35,482 nt of DNA. Source: a virus (taxonomy: Duplodnaviria; Heunggongvirae; Uroviricota; Caudoviricetes; Peduoviridae). The number at the start of each line of letters is the position of its first letter. Within the stretch, counting starts at the first letter, position 1. The DNA lies in IMG/VR virus record IMGVR_UViG_2529292997_000024, one strand, 5' to 3'. Positions 1 to 9,181 of this stretch are shown piece after piece. The position numbers were made by a program, and so were the translations under genes. Below the pieces are notes generated by a model. It was not told the DNA's origin, made no database searches, and worked only from the letters and a program-made list of their open reading frames with translations.

Positions 1-1362
1 ATGTTTAAACCGGAACTCCTTTCCCCGGCGGGAACGCTGAAAAATATGCGTTACGCTTTCGCTTATGGCGCAGATGCTGTTTATGCGGGCCAGCCGCGTT
101 ACTCCCTGCGTGTGCGCAACAACGAATTTAACCACGAAAATCTCCAGCTCGGCATCAATGAAGCCCACGCGCTGGGGAAAAAGTTTTATGTCGTGGTCAA
201 CATTGCACCGCACAACGCCAAGCTGAAAACCTTTATCCGTGACCTGAAACCGGTGGTGGAAATGGGGCCGGATGCGCTGATTATGTCCGATCCAGGGCTG
301 ATTATGCTGGTGCGTGAGCACTTCCCTGAAATGCCGATCCATCTCTCGGTACAGGCTAACGCCGTGAACTGGGCGACGGTGAAATTCTGGCAGCAAATGG
401 GCCTGACCCGCGTGATCCTCTCTCGCGAGCTGTCGCTGGAAGAGATTGAAGAGATCCGCAATCAGGTGCCGGATATGGAGGTAGAGATCTTCGTTCACGG
501 CGCGCTGTGCATGGCCTACTCCGGTCGCTGCCTGCTCTCTGGCTATATCAACAAGCGCGACCCGAACCAGGGCACCTGCACCAACGCCTGCCGCTGGGAA
601 TACAACGTCCAGGAAGGGAAAGAAGATGACGTTGGCAACATCGTACACAAGTACGAGCCGATTCCGGTGCAAAATGTTGAGCCGACGCTGGGTATCGGCG
701 CACCAACCGACAAAGTGTTTATGATCGAAGAGGCCCAGCGTCCGGGCGAGTATATGACCGCGTTTGAAGATGAGCACGGCACTTACATCATGAACTCGAA
801 AGATCTGCGCGCCATCGCCCATGTAGAACGCCTGACCAAAATGGGAGTGCATTCGCTGAAAATCGAAGGCCGTACCAAATCTTTCTACTATTGCGCACGC
901 ACCGCGCAGGTTTACCGTAAAGCTATCGATGACGCAGCTGCGGGAAAACCATTCGATACCAGCCTGCTGGAAACTCTGGAAGGTCTGGCGCATCGTGGCT
1001 ATACCGAAGGTTTCCTGCGTCGTCATACTCACGACGATTATCAGAACTACGAATACGGTTATTCAGTTTCTGACCGCCAGCAGTTTGTTGGTGAGTTTAC
1101 CGGTGAGCGCAAGGGCGACCTCGCGGCGGTAGCGGTGAAAAATAAATTCTCCGTTGGTGACAGCCTTGAGCTGATGACGCCGCAAGGCAACATTAACTTT
1201 ACCCTTGAGCACATGGAAAACGCCAAAGGTGAAGCTATGCCGGTCGCACCAGGCGATGGTTATACTGTGTGGCTCCCGGTCCCGCAGGATCTTGAGCTAA
1301 ATTACGCGCTCCTGATGCGTAATTTCTCCGGGGAAACCACGCGTAACCCCCACGGTAAGTGA
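1..1362 (+). CDS. yegQ: U32-family peptidase-like protein YegQ (RlhA-type 23S rRNA hydroxylation factor), complete 453 aa
   Basis: Full-length ORF starting MFKPELLSPAGTLKNMRYAF, recognised from memory as E. coli YegQ; host gene flanking the prophage on the left. Confidence 0.88.
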   Translation: MFKPELLSPAGTLKNMRYAFAYGADAVYAGQPRYSLRVRNNEFNHENLQLGINEAHALGKKFYVVVNIAPHNAKLKTFIRDLKPVVEMGPDALIMSDPGLIMLVREHFPEMPIHLSVQANAVNWATVKFWQQMGLTRVILSRELSLEEIEEIRNQVPDMEVEIFVHGALCMAYSGRCLLSGYINKRDPNQGTCTNACRWEYNVQEGKEDDVGNIVHKYEPIPVQNVEPTLGIGAPTDKVFMIEEAQRPGEYMTAFEDEHGTYIMNSKDLRAIAHVERLTKMGVHSLKIEGRTKSFYYCARTAQVYRKAIDDAAAGKPFDTSLLETLEGLAHRGYTEGFLRRHTHDDYQNYEYGYSVSDRQQFVGEFTGERKGDLAAVAVKNKFSVGDSLELMTPQGNINFTLEHMENAKGEAMPVAPGDGYTVWLPVPQDLELNYALLMRNFSGETTRNPHGK

Positions 1363-1396
1363 TTAATTTCGATTATTTTTCCCGGATGGAAAATTC

Positions 1397-1439
1397 TTAG
1401 AAACCGATCACATACAGCTGCATTTATTAAGGTTATCAT
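1397..1439 (+). promoter_or_regulatory. Putative cyaR promoter: CRP-like half-site (tcaca at 1408-1412, weak partner ttaga at 1397-1401) centred near -42, and -10 hexamer tatcat at 1434-1439
   Basis: Read by eye relative to the predicted cyaR 5' end at 1447; cyaR is known to be CRP-activated. The left half-site is degenerate. Confidence 0.4.
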
Positions 1440-1446
1440 CCGTTTC

Positions 1447-1533
1447 GCTGAAAAACATAACCCATAAAATGCTAGCTGTACCAGGAACCACCTCCTTAGC
1501 CTGTGTAATCTCCCTTACACGGGCTTATTTTTT
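1447..1533 (+). ncRNA. cyaR: CyaR (RyeE) Hfq-dependent small RNA
   Basis: Sequence gctgaaaaacataacccataaaatgctagctgtaccaggaaccacctccttagcctgtgtaatctcccttacacgggcttatttttt matches the CyaR sequence as I recall it, ending in a hairpin plus U-tract terminator. Confidence 0.8.
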
Positions 1534-1534
1534 A
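1507..1534. repeat. Left copy of the 28-bp prophage attachment core (aatctcccttacacgggcttatttttta), overlapping the cyaR terminator
   Basis: Exact 28-bp direct repeat with 33667-33694; ogr-proximal end of the prophage. Confidence 0.85.
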
Positions 1535-1596
1535 CGCGTAATACAATGAAATAAAAGGATTTATTTCTGGTCACGTCCACACATTGACCACATTGA

Positions 1597-1621
1597 CAAA
1601 AAAGCCCCTCGACTGAGGGGC
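1597..1621 (-). terminator. Rho-independent terminator downstream of ogr
   Basis: Stem gcccctc/gaggggc (1604-1610 and 1615-1621) with 4-nt loop; the A-run at 1598-1603 is a U-tract on the minus-strand transcript. Confidence 0.6.
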
Positions 1622-1634
1622 TTCCTGTTTGTAA

Positions 1635-1853
1635 TTACATCCACATAATTTGCTGCCCTGACGGCAACGGGTGCGGTCTTACGGCGTGGACTTCTCCCGG
1701 CTTCACGATGTATCGCTGTACCGACTCATAAGTGATGAACGTGGCGCTGCAATTCACGTTCTGACACTGGTGATAACGCTCTTTTGTCGTGTCAGTGATA
1801 TAGCGGCTTGTACGCGCATGTGCGGCATGCTGGCATAAAGGACAATGAAACAT
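1635..1853 (-). CDS. ogr: Ogr late-gene transcriptional activator (zinc finger, 72 aa)
   Basis: MFHCPLCQHAAHARTSRY...CQNVNC with Cys-x2-Cys pairs; 72 aa from the internal ATG at 1853 (ORF track extends to 1916). Confidence 0.85.
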   Translation of the reverse strand: MFHCPLCQHAAHARTSRYITDTTKERYHQCQNVNCSATFITYESVQRYIVKPGEVHAVRPHPLPSGQQIMWM

Positions 1854-1934
1854 CGCGAGCACCTCTTCCGGTTTTGTTGACGGTGCCATTTTAGTTAATT
1901 TATCCTTATAAAACAAACAGATAAAATAAAAACA

Positions 1935-3098
1935 TTACTCATCATCTTCTGTTTCGTACTCCACATCAGAAAGCCTGACCTCAAGCTCCAAGGACGTCGT
2001 GAAGCCGCTATTATTCAGAAAATGTGTCACCTTAGTGATTGTCCAGTCCTGCTCGTCTATGACGCGCTTAAAGCCTGACACTCTGACCGGTGTTTCCGTG
2101 TAAATATCAGCACGACCAGTGGCAAGGCTGATGGAGAACTCCGCAACGCCCCGTTGCAGTTTATCCCACTTCGCCTGAGCGGCGCGCATGGCCTGTGCTT
2201 TCGTGGCATATACCGTAGTCAGGGCAAAAACGTTGTCAGCTTCACCGGCCATGTATTCACCTTCGCGCGCTTCCGGTACTTTTGGCGCTTTCTTCTGCGT
2301 GACCGGTTTCGCTTTCGGGTGCTCCAGTGCGCGCAGGTGTTTTTCTTTCTTTTTGCGTTTCAGTTTTACCTTCTGCTTTTGCGGCTTCGGGTCTTTGGTG
2401 TGTAACCACTTTGCCGTTACGCCGGTGTAAGCTCCACGGTCAGCAATCGCAAAATGATGACGGTCGCCGTCGCTGCGGGTGATGGTAATCTGCGGGATTT
2501 TTTTACCGCTGGCCGTCACGCCCTGCCCCGCTTTGAGAAACAACAGTTTTCCCATTTTTACCGACACCTCACCGCCGTTGCGTTCTGCAAGACGGGTCAG
2601 GAATTTCGCATCAGACTCCTGCGACTGGTCAATGTGCGGGATTTTAATTCCTGCCAGTGACGGCGCGACACTGGCTTCCAGCCTGTTACGGGAGGCTATC
2701 GCCTCAACAATCGCACCGAGCGTGGTGTCATGCCAGGAGCCTTCACGGCGGGAATTGAGCGTCCCGCGAAAATCTGCACTCCGGGCGCGGATGGTGACCA
2801 CATCCGGTGCGCCCCGGTGTTCAACCTCATCAACGGTAAATTTCCCTTTGCATACCAGGGCAAAACCTTTCCAGCCGATATACACCGTCAGGACAGCGCC
2901 ACGAACCGGTAGCCCTACCTGCCCGTCGGCGTCGTTCAGTTCAATATCAAGCTGGTCAGCCTCAAAGCCCCGGTTATCCGTCAGGGTCATGCTCATCAGA
3001 CGGTCGCTGATATTGCCGGTAATATCCCTGCTGTCGAGCATCAGCATGTAATCCGGCGTCAGCGTACTGCCTGCATCAAATGTCAGCGCATCCAGCAT
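1935..3098 (-). CDS. D: Tail protein D (387 aa)
   Basis: Length and position match P2 gpD; follows U with overlapping stop/start. Confidence 0.85.
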   Translation of the reverse strand: MLDALTFDAGSTLTPDYMLMLDSRDITGNISDRLMSMTLTDNRGFEADQLDIELNDADGQVGLPVRGAVLTVYIGWKGFALVCKGKFTVDEVEHRGAPDVVTIRARSADFRGTLNSRREGSWHDTTLGAIVEAIASRNRLEASVAPSLAGIKIPHIDQSQESDAKFLTRLAERNGGEVSVKMGKLLFLKAGQGVTASGKKIPQITITRSDGDRHHFAIADRGAYTGVTAKWLHTKDPKPQKQKVKLKRKKKEKHLRALEHPKAKPVTQKKAPKVPEAREGEYMAGEADNVFALTTVYATKAQAMRAAQAKWDKLQRGVAEFSISLATGRADIYTETPVRVSGFKRVIDEQDWTITKVTHFLNNSGFTTSLELEVRLSDVEYETEDDE

Positions 3099-3577
3099 TA
3101 TCCCGCCCCCGTCATACCCGTGAATCTGGTCGCCATACTGCCAGCCTTACCGATGAGCGATTCCGCCTGTTTACCGATATCGCCATAAAGCGCGGCCAGT
3201 GATTCATCAACGCGGGTGAGTGACAGCGTAAAATCAATTTTCCGGGGTGTGCCGTCTGCAAAGAAAATACTCCCTGTTTCACTCACCTTGCTGACGATAT
3301 ACATGCCGTAAATCATGCCAGTGCCATCCAGCAACGGCCACGCCCGGCCTTCCTCTGCCATCAGCCTGAGCGTGGTCATCGTCAGCTTCCCGCCGGTCAG
3401 TTCGGGATAAAGCACGCCGGCAAGCGTCATGTTTTCCTCACCCACACCGAGAAACTGGTAGGCATCCCGTTTACCGATACGGGAATTTGACGGCCAGCGA
3501 TAATCTGATTCACGCTGCATGGTCTGGTGTGGCAGCGTCTGGCGCATAAAAACAAACATACCTAACGCGAGCATCAT
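3098..3577 (-). CDS. U: Tail protein U (159 aa)
   Basis: Length and position match P2 gpU, between T and D. Confidence 0.85.
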   Translation of the reverse strand: MMLALGMFVFMRQTLPHQTMQRESDYRWPSNSRIGKRDAYQFLGVGEENMTLAGVLYPELTGGKLTMTTLRLMAEEGRAWPLLDGTGMIYGMYIVSKVSETGSIFFADGTPRKIDFTLSLTRVDESLAALYGDIGKQAESLIGKAGSMATRFTGMTGAG

Positions 3578-3591
3578 TTTTCGTCACCTCC

Positions 3592-6039
3592 TTAACCGTC
3601 ATGCATCATGCTGGCACGGGCGCGCGCACGTTTATCCCGCTCGTATTTTTCGAGCGCATCCTGTAACTGGCGGTCAAGCTGTGTCCCCGGCGCAGTACCA
3701 CCCGTCAGGCTGATGTGATATTCGTTTTTACTCTGGTCCACATAAGAGCGACCAGCCGGTACCGTGACCGGCTGATAAGCCTGATAGCCTGCATAAGAGC
3801 TGGTCGCCGGAATATAACCACCGGTGCCATACGTGGCGGCATGAGTTCTGGCGGCGGTCTGGTCAAGTGTGTCTGACTCTTTGTTGATAACACCGAGTTT
3901 TTCCAGTACCCAGTCAATGCCGCTGCGCAGTTTGTTGAACGCATTAAGCGGCAGCATCAGCGCGTCAGCCAGTGCCTGCCCGAACATGACGCCCGTATCA
4001 CGGCAACGGTTCAGGGTGTCCTGGGTGGCTTTGACGGGGGCAATCAGGTTTTTAAACCACTGCCACGCGGCCTGTAACTTTTCACCCAGCCAGTCAAACA
4101 CCGGCTTAAGTGGCGCGAACAGTTCCCCCACCGGCGCAAATGCCGCTTTCAGCCCTTCCACCACACCGCCAAAGAATGCGCTGACAGGCTCCCAGTATTT
4201 ACGGATAAGCAACGCCCCGGCGACAATTGCAGCCACCACGGCCACAACCGGCCAGCTAATCGCCCCGATGGCCGTCATAACAGCACTGCCAACCGTCGTG
4301 AAGATTGCCCCCATTGCGCCTGCTGCCGCGATAATGGCATTGATGCCGGTGATAACCGGCCAGGCTACGAGGCCAATGGCACCGATGACACCAGTCAGCG
4401 CCAGTGCACCACCGACAATGATGCCGATGGTTGACGCCAGTGATTTGTTTTTCTGGATCCAGCCGTCGAGTTTTAACACATACTTTGTGGCCGTCTGCGT
4501 GAGATTACGCAGTGCGCCTTCCTGCTGGTCAAACAGGTCAGTCCCCACCGCCTCATAAGCGGACTGAAACTCCTTAAAGTCACCGCCGAGGTTGTCCTGC
4601 ATGATTTTAACCAGCTCTTCCGTTTTACCGTCCGAGGCTTTCAGCGTGGCGGTCAGCTTATCCAGTTTTCCGCTTGCAGCCGCTGCCAGTAAAACGTTCG
4701 CTGATTTCAGGGCTTCCTCACCAAAAATGGTTTTAAGGTATTCCCCCTTCTGAGACGTTCCCAGCTTGTGTTTATCAAAGCTGACCTGAATCTCTTTCAG
4801 AATGGTGAACAACGGACGCATATTTCCCTTTTTGTCCGAGGTTTTAACGCCAAGCTCTTTTAGTGCTTCCCATGCTTTCCCTGTCGGAGCCTGTAATCGG
4901 GTGACAACGGCACTACTACCCGTACCCGCCATTGACCCCCTGATGTTATTGTCATGCAGCACACCTGTCATGGCCGCTGCCTGCTCAAGACTTACACCTG
5001 CCGTCCTCGCAACCGGACCGAGGTAAGTCAGTGCATCACTGAGTCCCTGAAAATCAGCCGCCGACTTATTCATCGTTGCTGACAACACGTCGCCCACATG
5101 GCTGACATCATCATTTGACAGTTGAAAGGATGCCTTAGTCCCCAGCAACAGTTGCGCGTTTTCTTCCATCGACCGCTGATTCGCCAGTGCCATATTCAGC
5201 GTGACCGGCGTTGCCGCCTGAATAGCCGCAGCATCCCCACCCGCTTTCGCGATGATTATCTGTGCACCGGCCGCATCATCCGCCGAGGCGGCGGTATTGT
5301 CGCCGAGCTGGCGCGCCTGTTTGCGTAGTGCGGTCATTTCGGCGGAGTCTTTTGCCACTCCGAGCACGGCCTGCAATTCTGAGTTTTTCTGCGCAAACTC
5401 ATAACCGGGCATCAGCAACTTAACTCCGGCCATCGTTCCCGCCGCCGCAATCCCCACACCGGCAGCGCCTACTGAGGCCATATTTCCGGCCAGTTCCTTT
5501 CCGGCCTGATAACGCTGTTTGACTGCGTTAAGTTTTGCCTGTTGCGCACTGACACGCGCCAGCGCGTCGCGCTGACGGTTAAGCTGTGCGGTGGTTTCAC
5601 TGATACGGTTTTTCAGTCCCTGCTCATCATGTGCAAGATTGCGGGTATTAATTCCCACAGCGGCCAGTTCCCGCTGCTGGCGTTTAACGGAATCCGTCAG
5701 GCGGTTATATTTCGCCTGTAAGTCCTCCGCCGCTCGCTTTGCGGATTCCAGCACTTTCGCCTGAGCACGGGTTGGACGTTCGGTGTTTTTAAACTGTGTG
5801 GCAAGGGCTTCGGCTTCCTGCCGTGCCTTTTCAAGTGCATGACCAGTCACGGCGAGCTGCGCACTGGTCTTGCGAAATCCCTCAATACGGGATGCGTGAC
5901 CGTTCAGCTCGCGCAGTGATTTTTGTGTTTCCCGGATATCCCCCGACAGCGACTTGCTCGCTGTGCGGATGGATTTAAACGGGCGGGATGCCTGGTCAAC
6001 AGCCCTGAGCAATACCTGTAATTTTACATTGTTACTCAT
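3592..6039 (-). CDS. T: Tail tape measure protein T (815 aa)
   Basis: 815 aa with coiled-coil N-terminal region and Gly/Ala-rich hydrophobic central region; length matches P2 gpT. Confidence 0.9.
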   Translation of the reverse strand: MSNNVKLQVLLRAVDQASRPFKSIRTASKSLSGDIRETQKSLRELNGHASRIEGFRKTSAQLAVTGHALEKARQEAEALATQFKNTERPTRAQAKVLESAKRAAEDLQAKYNRLTDSVKRQQRELAAVGINTRNLAHDEQGLKNRISETTAQLNRQRDALARVSAQQAKLNAVKQRYQAGKELAGNMASVGAAGVGIAAAGTMAGVKLLMPGYEFAQKNSELQAVLGVAKDSAEMTALRKQARQLGDNTAASADDAAGAQIIIAKAGGDAAAIQAATPVTLNMALANQRSMEENAQLLLGTKASFQLSNDDVSHVGDVLSATMNKSAADFQGLSDALTYLGPVARTAGVSLEQAAAMTGVLHDNNIRGSMAGTGSSAVVTRLQAPTGKAWEALKELGVKTSDKKGNMRPLFTILKEIQVSFDKHKLGTSQKGEYLKTIFGEEALKSANVLLAAAASGKLDKLTATLKASDGKTEELVKIMQDNLGGDFKEFQSAYEAVGTDLFDQQEGALRNLTQTATKYVLKLDGWIQKNKSLASTIGIIVGGALALTGVIGAIGLVAWPVITGINAIIAAAGAMGAIFTTVGSAVMTAIGAISWPVVAVVAAIVAGALLIRKYWEPVSAFFGGVVEGLKAAFAPVGELFAPLKPVFDWLGEKLQAAWQWFKNLIAPVKATQDTLNRCRDTGVMFGQALADALMLPLNAFNKLRSGIDWVLEKLGVINKESDTLDQTAARTHAATYGTGGYIPATSSYAGYQAYQPVTVPAGRSYVDQSKNEYHISLTGGTAPGTQLDRQLQDALEKYERDKRARARASMMHDG

Positions 6040-6459
6040 TCGTGTTTCCGCTTCGCCGGAGCGCCTTTTCGCGCCATGTGATGAGTTCGGTCAGGCTCAT
6101 GGGATACAGTTCTGATGGCGGCCAGTGAAATATCACTGCCACATCCGCCATCAGGTCATCGACCGAGAGATTTTTCGGAAACGTCACTGCACCGAGTTCG
6201 GCGACAAAAAACCGACCACCTTACCGGCCAGCGCCACAAGGTCAGGCAGTTCCAGCGCGGCGACTTCCTGCTCGGTCAGCATCGGTGCCGTCATGCGCGG
6301 CAGCACTTTAATCAGTGCATCGACTTCGGAGTTCGCGACTGCAGCCAGACTGACACCGCGCAGCGTCCCGGCATTGGGTTTCATCAGCGTGACCTGTTCG
6401 ATAACCTGCTCACCACGTTTGACCGGATTGTCCAGGGTAATGACGTTTTCTTTGTTCAT
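6032..6459 (-). CDS. E+E': Tail assembly chaperone E+E', product of a programmed -1 ribosomal frameshift
   Basis: Minus-strand slippery heptamer GGTTTTTTG (plus-strand caaaaaa about 6205-6211) near the 3' end of E; the -1 frame continues FFVAELGAVTFPKNLSVDDLMADVAVIFHWPPSELYPMSLTELITWREKALRRSGNTNE to TAA at 6034-6032, overlapping the T start. Confidence 0.75.
6184..6459 (-). CDS. E: Tail assembly chaperone E (91 aa, non-frameshifted product)
   Basis: 91-aa ORF between FII and T, as in P2. Confidence 0.85.
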   Translation of the reverse strand: MNKENVITLDNPVKRGEQVIEQVTLMKPNAGTLRGVSLAAVANSEVDALIKVLPRMTAPMLTEQEVAALELPDLVALAGKVVGFLSPNSVQ

Positions 6460-6515
6460 GGTTTTCTCACTTCTGAATCGGGGTTAACCGGTCAGCCAGG
6501 CTGACCGGATGAAAA

Positions 6516-7034
6516 TCACAGGCCGATATTGCGGCGGTGTTGCTCCAGCCGGTCGACGCCGTTCACCTTCTCAATCATGTTGATGGTGTCGATTTCGACC
6601 AGCTCCTTACCGTCCATCGTCAGCCGGAAATAGGTGCAGACCACGGAGATTTTCGACTCGGTGTCTTCTCCCTGTTTGCCCTCGCCGGTGTCGATTTCTT
6701 TCTGACGTCCACGCATGGCCACCTCGACGGCCACCGTTTCGCCGGTATCGTCGCGCTGGTAAGAGCCTGCAAAACGAATCGGTACGGCATCCACACCGGT
6801 TGCGGCGTAAAGCTCCCAGATAACCGAATCCGGGAAGCCACCGAGCGACCACTCCATTGACAGCGCATCGTCATCAAGGCCGAGGTCTACCGGTGCGCTG
6901 CCGTTCATCCCCGCACCGCGATAGTTTTCGAGCTTACGGGTCAGTTTTGGCAGCGTGACGGACTTCGCGACGCCCTGATAGCTGTAGCCGTTCAGAAAGA
7001 CGTTCATTAACTTGAGTTTGCGCGGCATTGCCAT
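6516..7034 (-). CDS. FII: Tail tube protein FII (172 aa)
   Basis: Length and position match P2 gpFII. Confidence 0.9.
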   Translation of the reverse strand: MAMPRKLKLMNVFLNGYSYQGVAKSVTLPKLTRKLENYRGAGMNGSAPVDLGLDDDALSMEWSLGGFPDSVIWELYAATGVDAVPIRFAGSYQRDDTGETVAVEVAMRGRQKEIDTGEGKQGEDTESKISVVCTYFRLTMDGKELVEIDTINMIEKVNGVDRLEQHRRNIGL

Positions 7035-7046
7035 CGGTCAGGCTCC

Positions 7047-8237
7047 TTAATTGCTGTTAACCGAGGTGACCAGATTTGCCAGGTATTTATCGGTAATACG
7101 CTGGCGCAGGGTCAGGTTTTCAAGAGGAGGTACCGGTGTATAGTCGTAGTCGATATACAGTTTTCCGGCCTTGAGGGTTTCCGCATCGTTGGATTCTTCG
7201 CTGAACCAGCAGGTCGCATCCACGATATAGCCGTTTGTTTTCAACTCACGGAATTTGGCATTGATGCCGTCAACGATGTCGCGAATCAGCGTTGCGGTGA
7301 TGGGCTTGTCCACCGCCCACATGTGCGCCTCAGCCATCGTGTCGGCCAGCACCTGCGCGGTGCGGGTGTAGTTTTCAAAGAGGAACAGCGGGTCATCAGA
7401 GCAGGTACGGTTACCCCAGAAGCGGAAACCGTCACGGCGAATCAGCGTTGTGACGCCTGACTCGTTAAGCAGGTCAGCATCGGTGCCGGACTCCTGCAAA
7501 TCCCAGAATACGGACGCGCTGATGCCGGTAACACCGTTCACCCCGACGTTGGACAGCGTTTTATGCCAGCCCTGCTCCTGGTCGATTTTAGCGCGCAGAC
7601 CCAGCGCACGGGCGGTGGCATACGCGGTGGCGGTGGTACTGGTGACCGTATCCCATGCGAGGAAATCCGGCCAGATGACCATCAGCTCACGCTGGCTGAA
7701 ATTCTGGCGGTAGGCTTTCACCTCGGAAATGGTCTTACAGCCCCATGCGCTGATATACCCGAAAGCGCGCAGCTTCTGACAGACCGATGCCAGTGCAACA
7801 GCCACCTCTTTGGTGTCCAGTCCCGGCACGCCGAGAATACGCGGTTTAACACCGGTTACTGACTCCGCCGCCAGCAGGGCTTTCAGTCCGGTGTACTGAC
7901 CGTTTTCGTCGGTGGTGCCGATGATATTGGAAACGGTCTGCGCAAGTTTCGTTTCCTCGTCGTCGCCGGTGCCGTCTTCCACGCGCACAACAACGGTGAC
8001 CGGTTTTGACTGGTCGGCGATGGCCTGCAGCGACGCCGCCAGCGTGCCTTTTTTACCGGCCTTTGCAATTGCGCTCTGCACATTGGTAATCAGCACAGGT
8101 TTATTGAGGGGAAAGGTTTCCGCATCCGCATCGCTGGCCGTGCAGACCATGCCGACAATGGCAGTGGATACGGTGGAAATGACGCGGGTGCCGTCGTTAA
8201 TCTCCAGCACCTGCACGCCGTGATGATAGTCACTCAT
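7047..8237 (-). CDS. FI: Contractile tail sheath protein FI (396 aa)
   Basis: Length and position match P2 gpFI. Confidence 0.9.
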   Translation of the reverse strand: MSDYHHGVQVLEINDGTRVISTVSTAIVGMVCTASDADAETFPLNKPVLITNVQSAIAKAGKKGTLAASLQAIADQSKPVTVVVRVEDGTGDDEETKLAQTVSNIIGTTDENGQYTGLKALLAAESVTGVKPRILGVPGLDTKEVAVALASVCQKLRAFGYISAWGCKTISEVKAYRQNFSQRELMVIWPDFLAWDTVTSTTATAYATARALGLRAKIDQEQGWHKTLSNVGVNGVTGISASVFWDLQESGTDADLLNESGVTTLIRRDGFRFWGNRTCSDDPLFLFENYTRTAQVLADTMAEAHMWAVDKPITATLIRDIVDGINAKFRELKTNGYIVDATCWFSEESNDAETLKAGKLYIDYDYTPVPPLENLTLRQRITDKYLANLVTSVNSN

Positions 8238-8330
8238 CCGTTTAACTCCGTGGTTAATGGGTGCAACTATTTTCTGTTGTGCAGAGCATGAGACGCTATT
8301 TGACCTGGCTGGTCAGGGGATGAAACAACA

Positions 8331-8360
8331 GATAAAGAAAAGGCGGGCAATCAGCCCGCC
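8331..8360 (-). terminator. Rho-independent terminator downstream of the cargo pair, upstream of the FI late operon
   Basis: Stem ggcgggc/gcccgcc (8342-8348 and 8354-8360) with loop aatca; the adjacent A-run on the plus strand is a U-tract on the minus-strand transcript. Confidence 0.6.
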
Positions 8361-8513
8361 TGTCCTGATTTGTATTCACTCATTTTCCGACTGACAATTT
8401 ACATAGCCAAAACGCTATCAAATCTGACAGTCTGCTTGGAGCGAAAAGCGGACGTTGGAAGTTTAAAACTCGCGAACTACTCAGCGTCCATTGATGCGTA
8501 TTGTGTAACGTGA

Positions 8514-9152
8514 TTAACCACAGATGATATTGAAACGTTCTCCGGAAATCTTGACCATAATGTCAGACAGTTCGCTGACGGCATGGGCTTCAGATGATCC
8601 CGGAGCGTCAGGCTGAACAGCTATTACCGAAGCTCCACTTGCCAGCCCTGCTTTTATACCCGCAGATGCATCCTCAAATACCACGCATTCACCAGGCTCA
8701 AGGCCCAAAGCCAAAGCTGCTTTGATGTAACCCTCGGGACTTGGTTTTCCCGTCATTACATCTTCTGCACACACCATTACTATGGGTAAGGGGAGATTAG
8801 CCGCTTTCATCCTGTTTTCGGCAAGCATTCTGCCTGCCGAAGTGACAAGTGCCCAGCTATCCGGTGGCAGTTTTGATAAGAGTGCAGCGGCCCCTTTTAC
8901 TTCAGTAACGCCTTCTGTCGTGTTGATTTCAACCTCTTCGAGTGAGGCCGCGATTTTATTGGTTTTCTCACCTGCACCAATAAAATGCGTCAGTGTATCA
9001 ATCGTTTGCCGCCCGTGTGCGTAAGCAATCACAGCCTGAGTATCAAGACCGTATTCTGCACAAAAATCTCTCCAGACGCTTTCCACTACGGCTGTTGAAT
9101 CAACCAGCGTACCGTCCATATCGAATAAAAAACCCTTAGCGTTGAATATCAT
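8514..9152 (-). CDS. HAD-superfamily (class IA) phosphatase/hydrolase, cargo gene in the Z/fun slot
   Basis: N-terminal HAD motif I FLFDMDGTLVDS, plus a KPSPEG and a C-terminal FEDASAGIKAG motif. Start set at the second ATG (9152), which has an AAGGA Shine-Dalgarno with 6-nt spacing; the ORF track starts at 9158. Confidence 0.7.
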   Translation of the reverse strand: MIFNAKGFLFDMDGTLVDSTAVVESVWRDFCAEYGLDTQAVIAYAHGRQTIDTLTHFIGAGEKTNKIAASLEEVEINTTEGVTEVKGAAALLSKLPPDSWALVTSAGRMLAENRMKAANLPLPIVMVCAEDVMTGKPSPEGYIKAALALGLEPGECVVFEDASAGIKAGLASGASVIAVQPDAPGSSEAHAVSELSDIMVKISGERFNIICG

Positions 9153-9181
9153 TGCCATTCCTTAATGGTTGCAGAAGAAAG

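Noticed and set aside
2280-2420. Lys-rich low-complexity stretch in tail protein D (KDPKPQKQKVKLKRKKKEKHLRALEHPKAKPVTQKKAPKVPEA)
   Set aside because: It is in frame within a full-length 387-aa D protein and is probably a native charged linker, not a repeat element or an insertion.
3869-4558. 229-aa ORF antisense to tape-measure gene T, and other plus-strand ORFs inside minus-strand structural genes (e.g. 2479-3051, 12762-13289, 13138-13767, 15383-15907, 18478-18924, 19216-19815)
   Set aside because: All are embedded in P2 genes of exactly the expected length and show low-complexity Ala/Ser/Pro/Arg-rich translations; they are consistent with spurious open frames.
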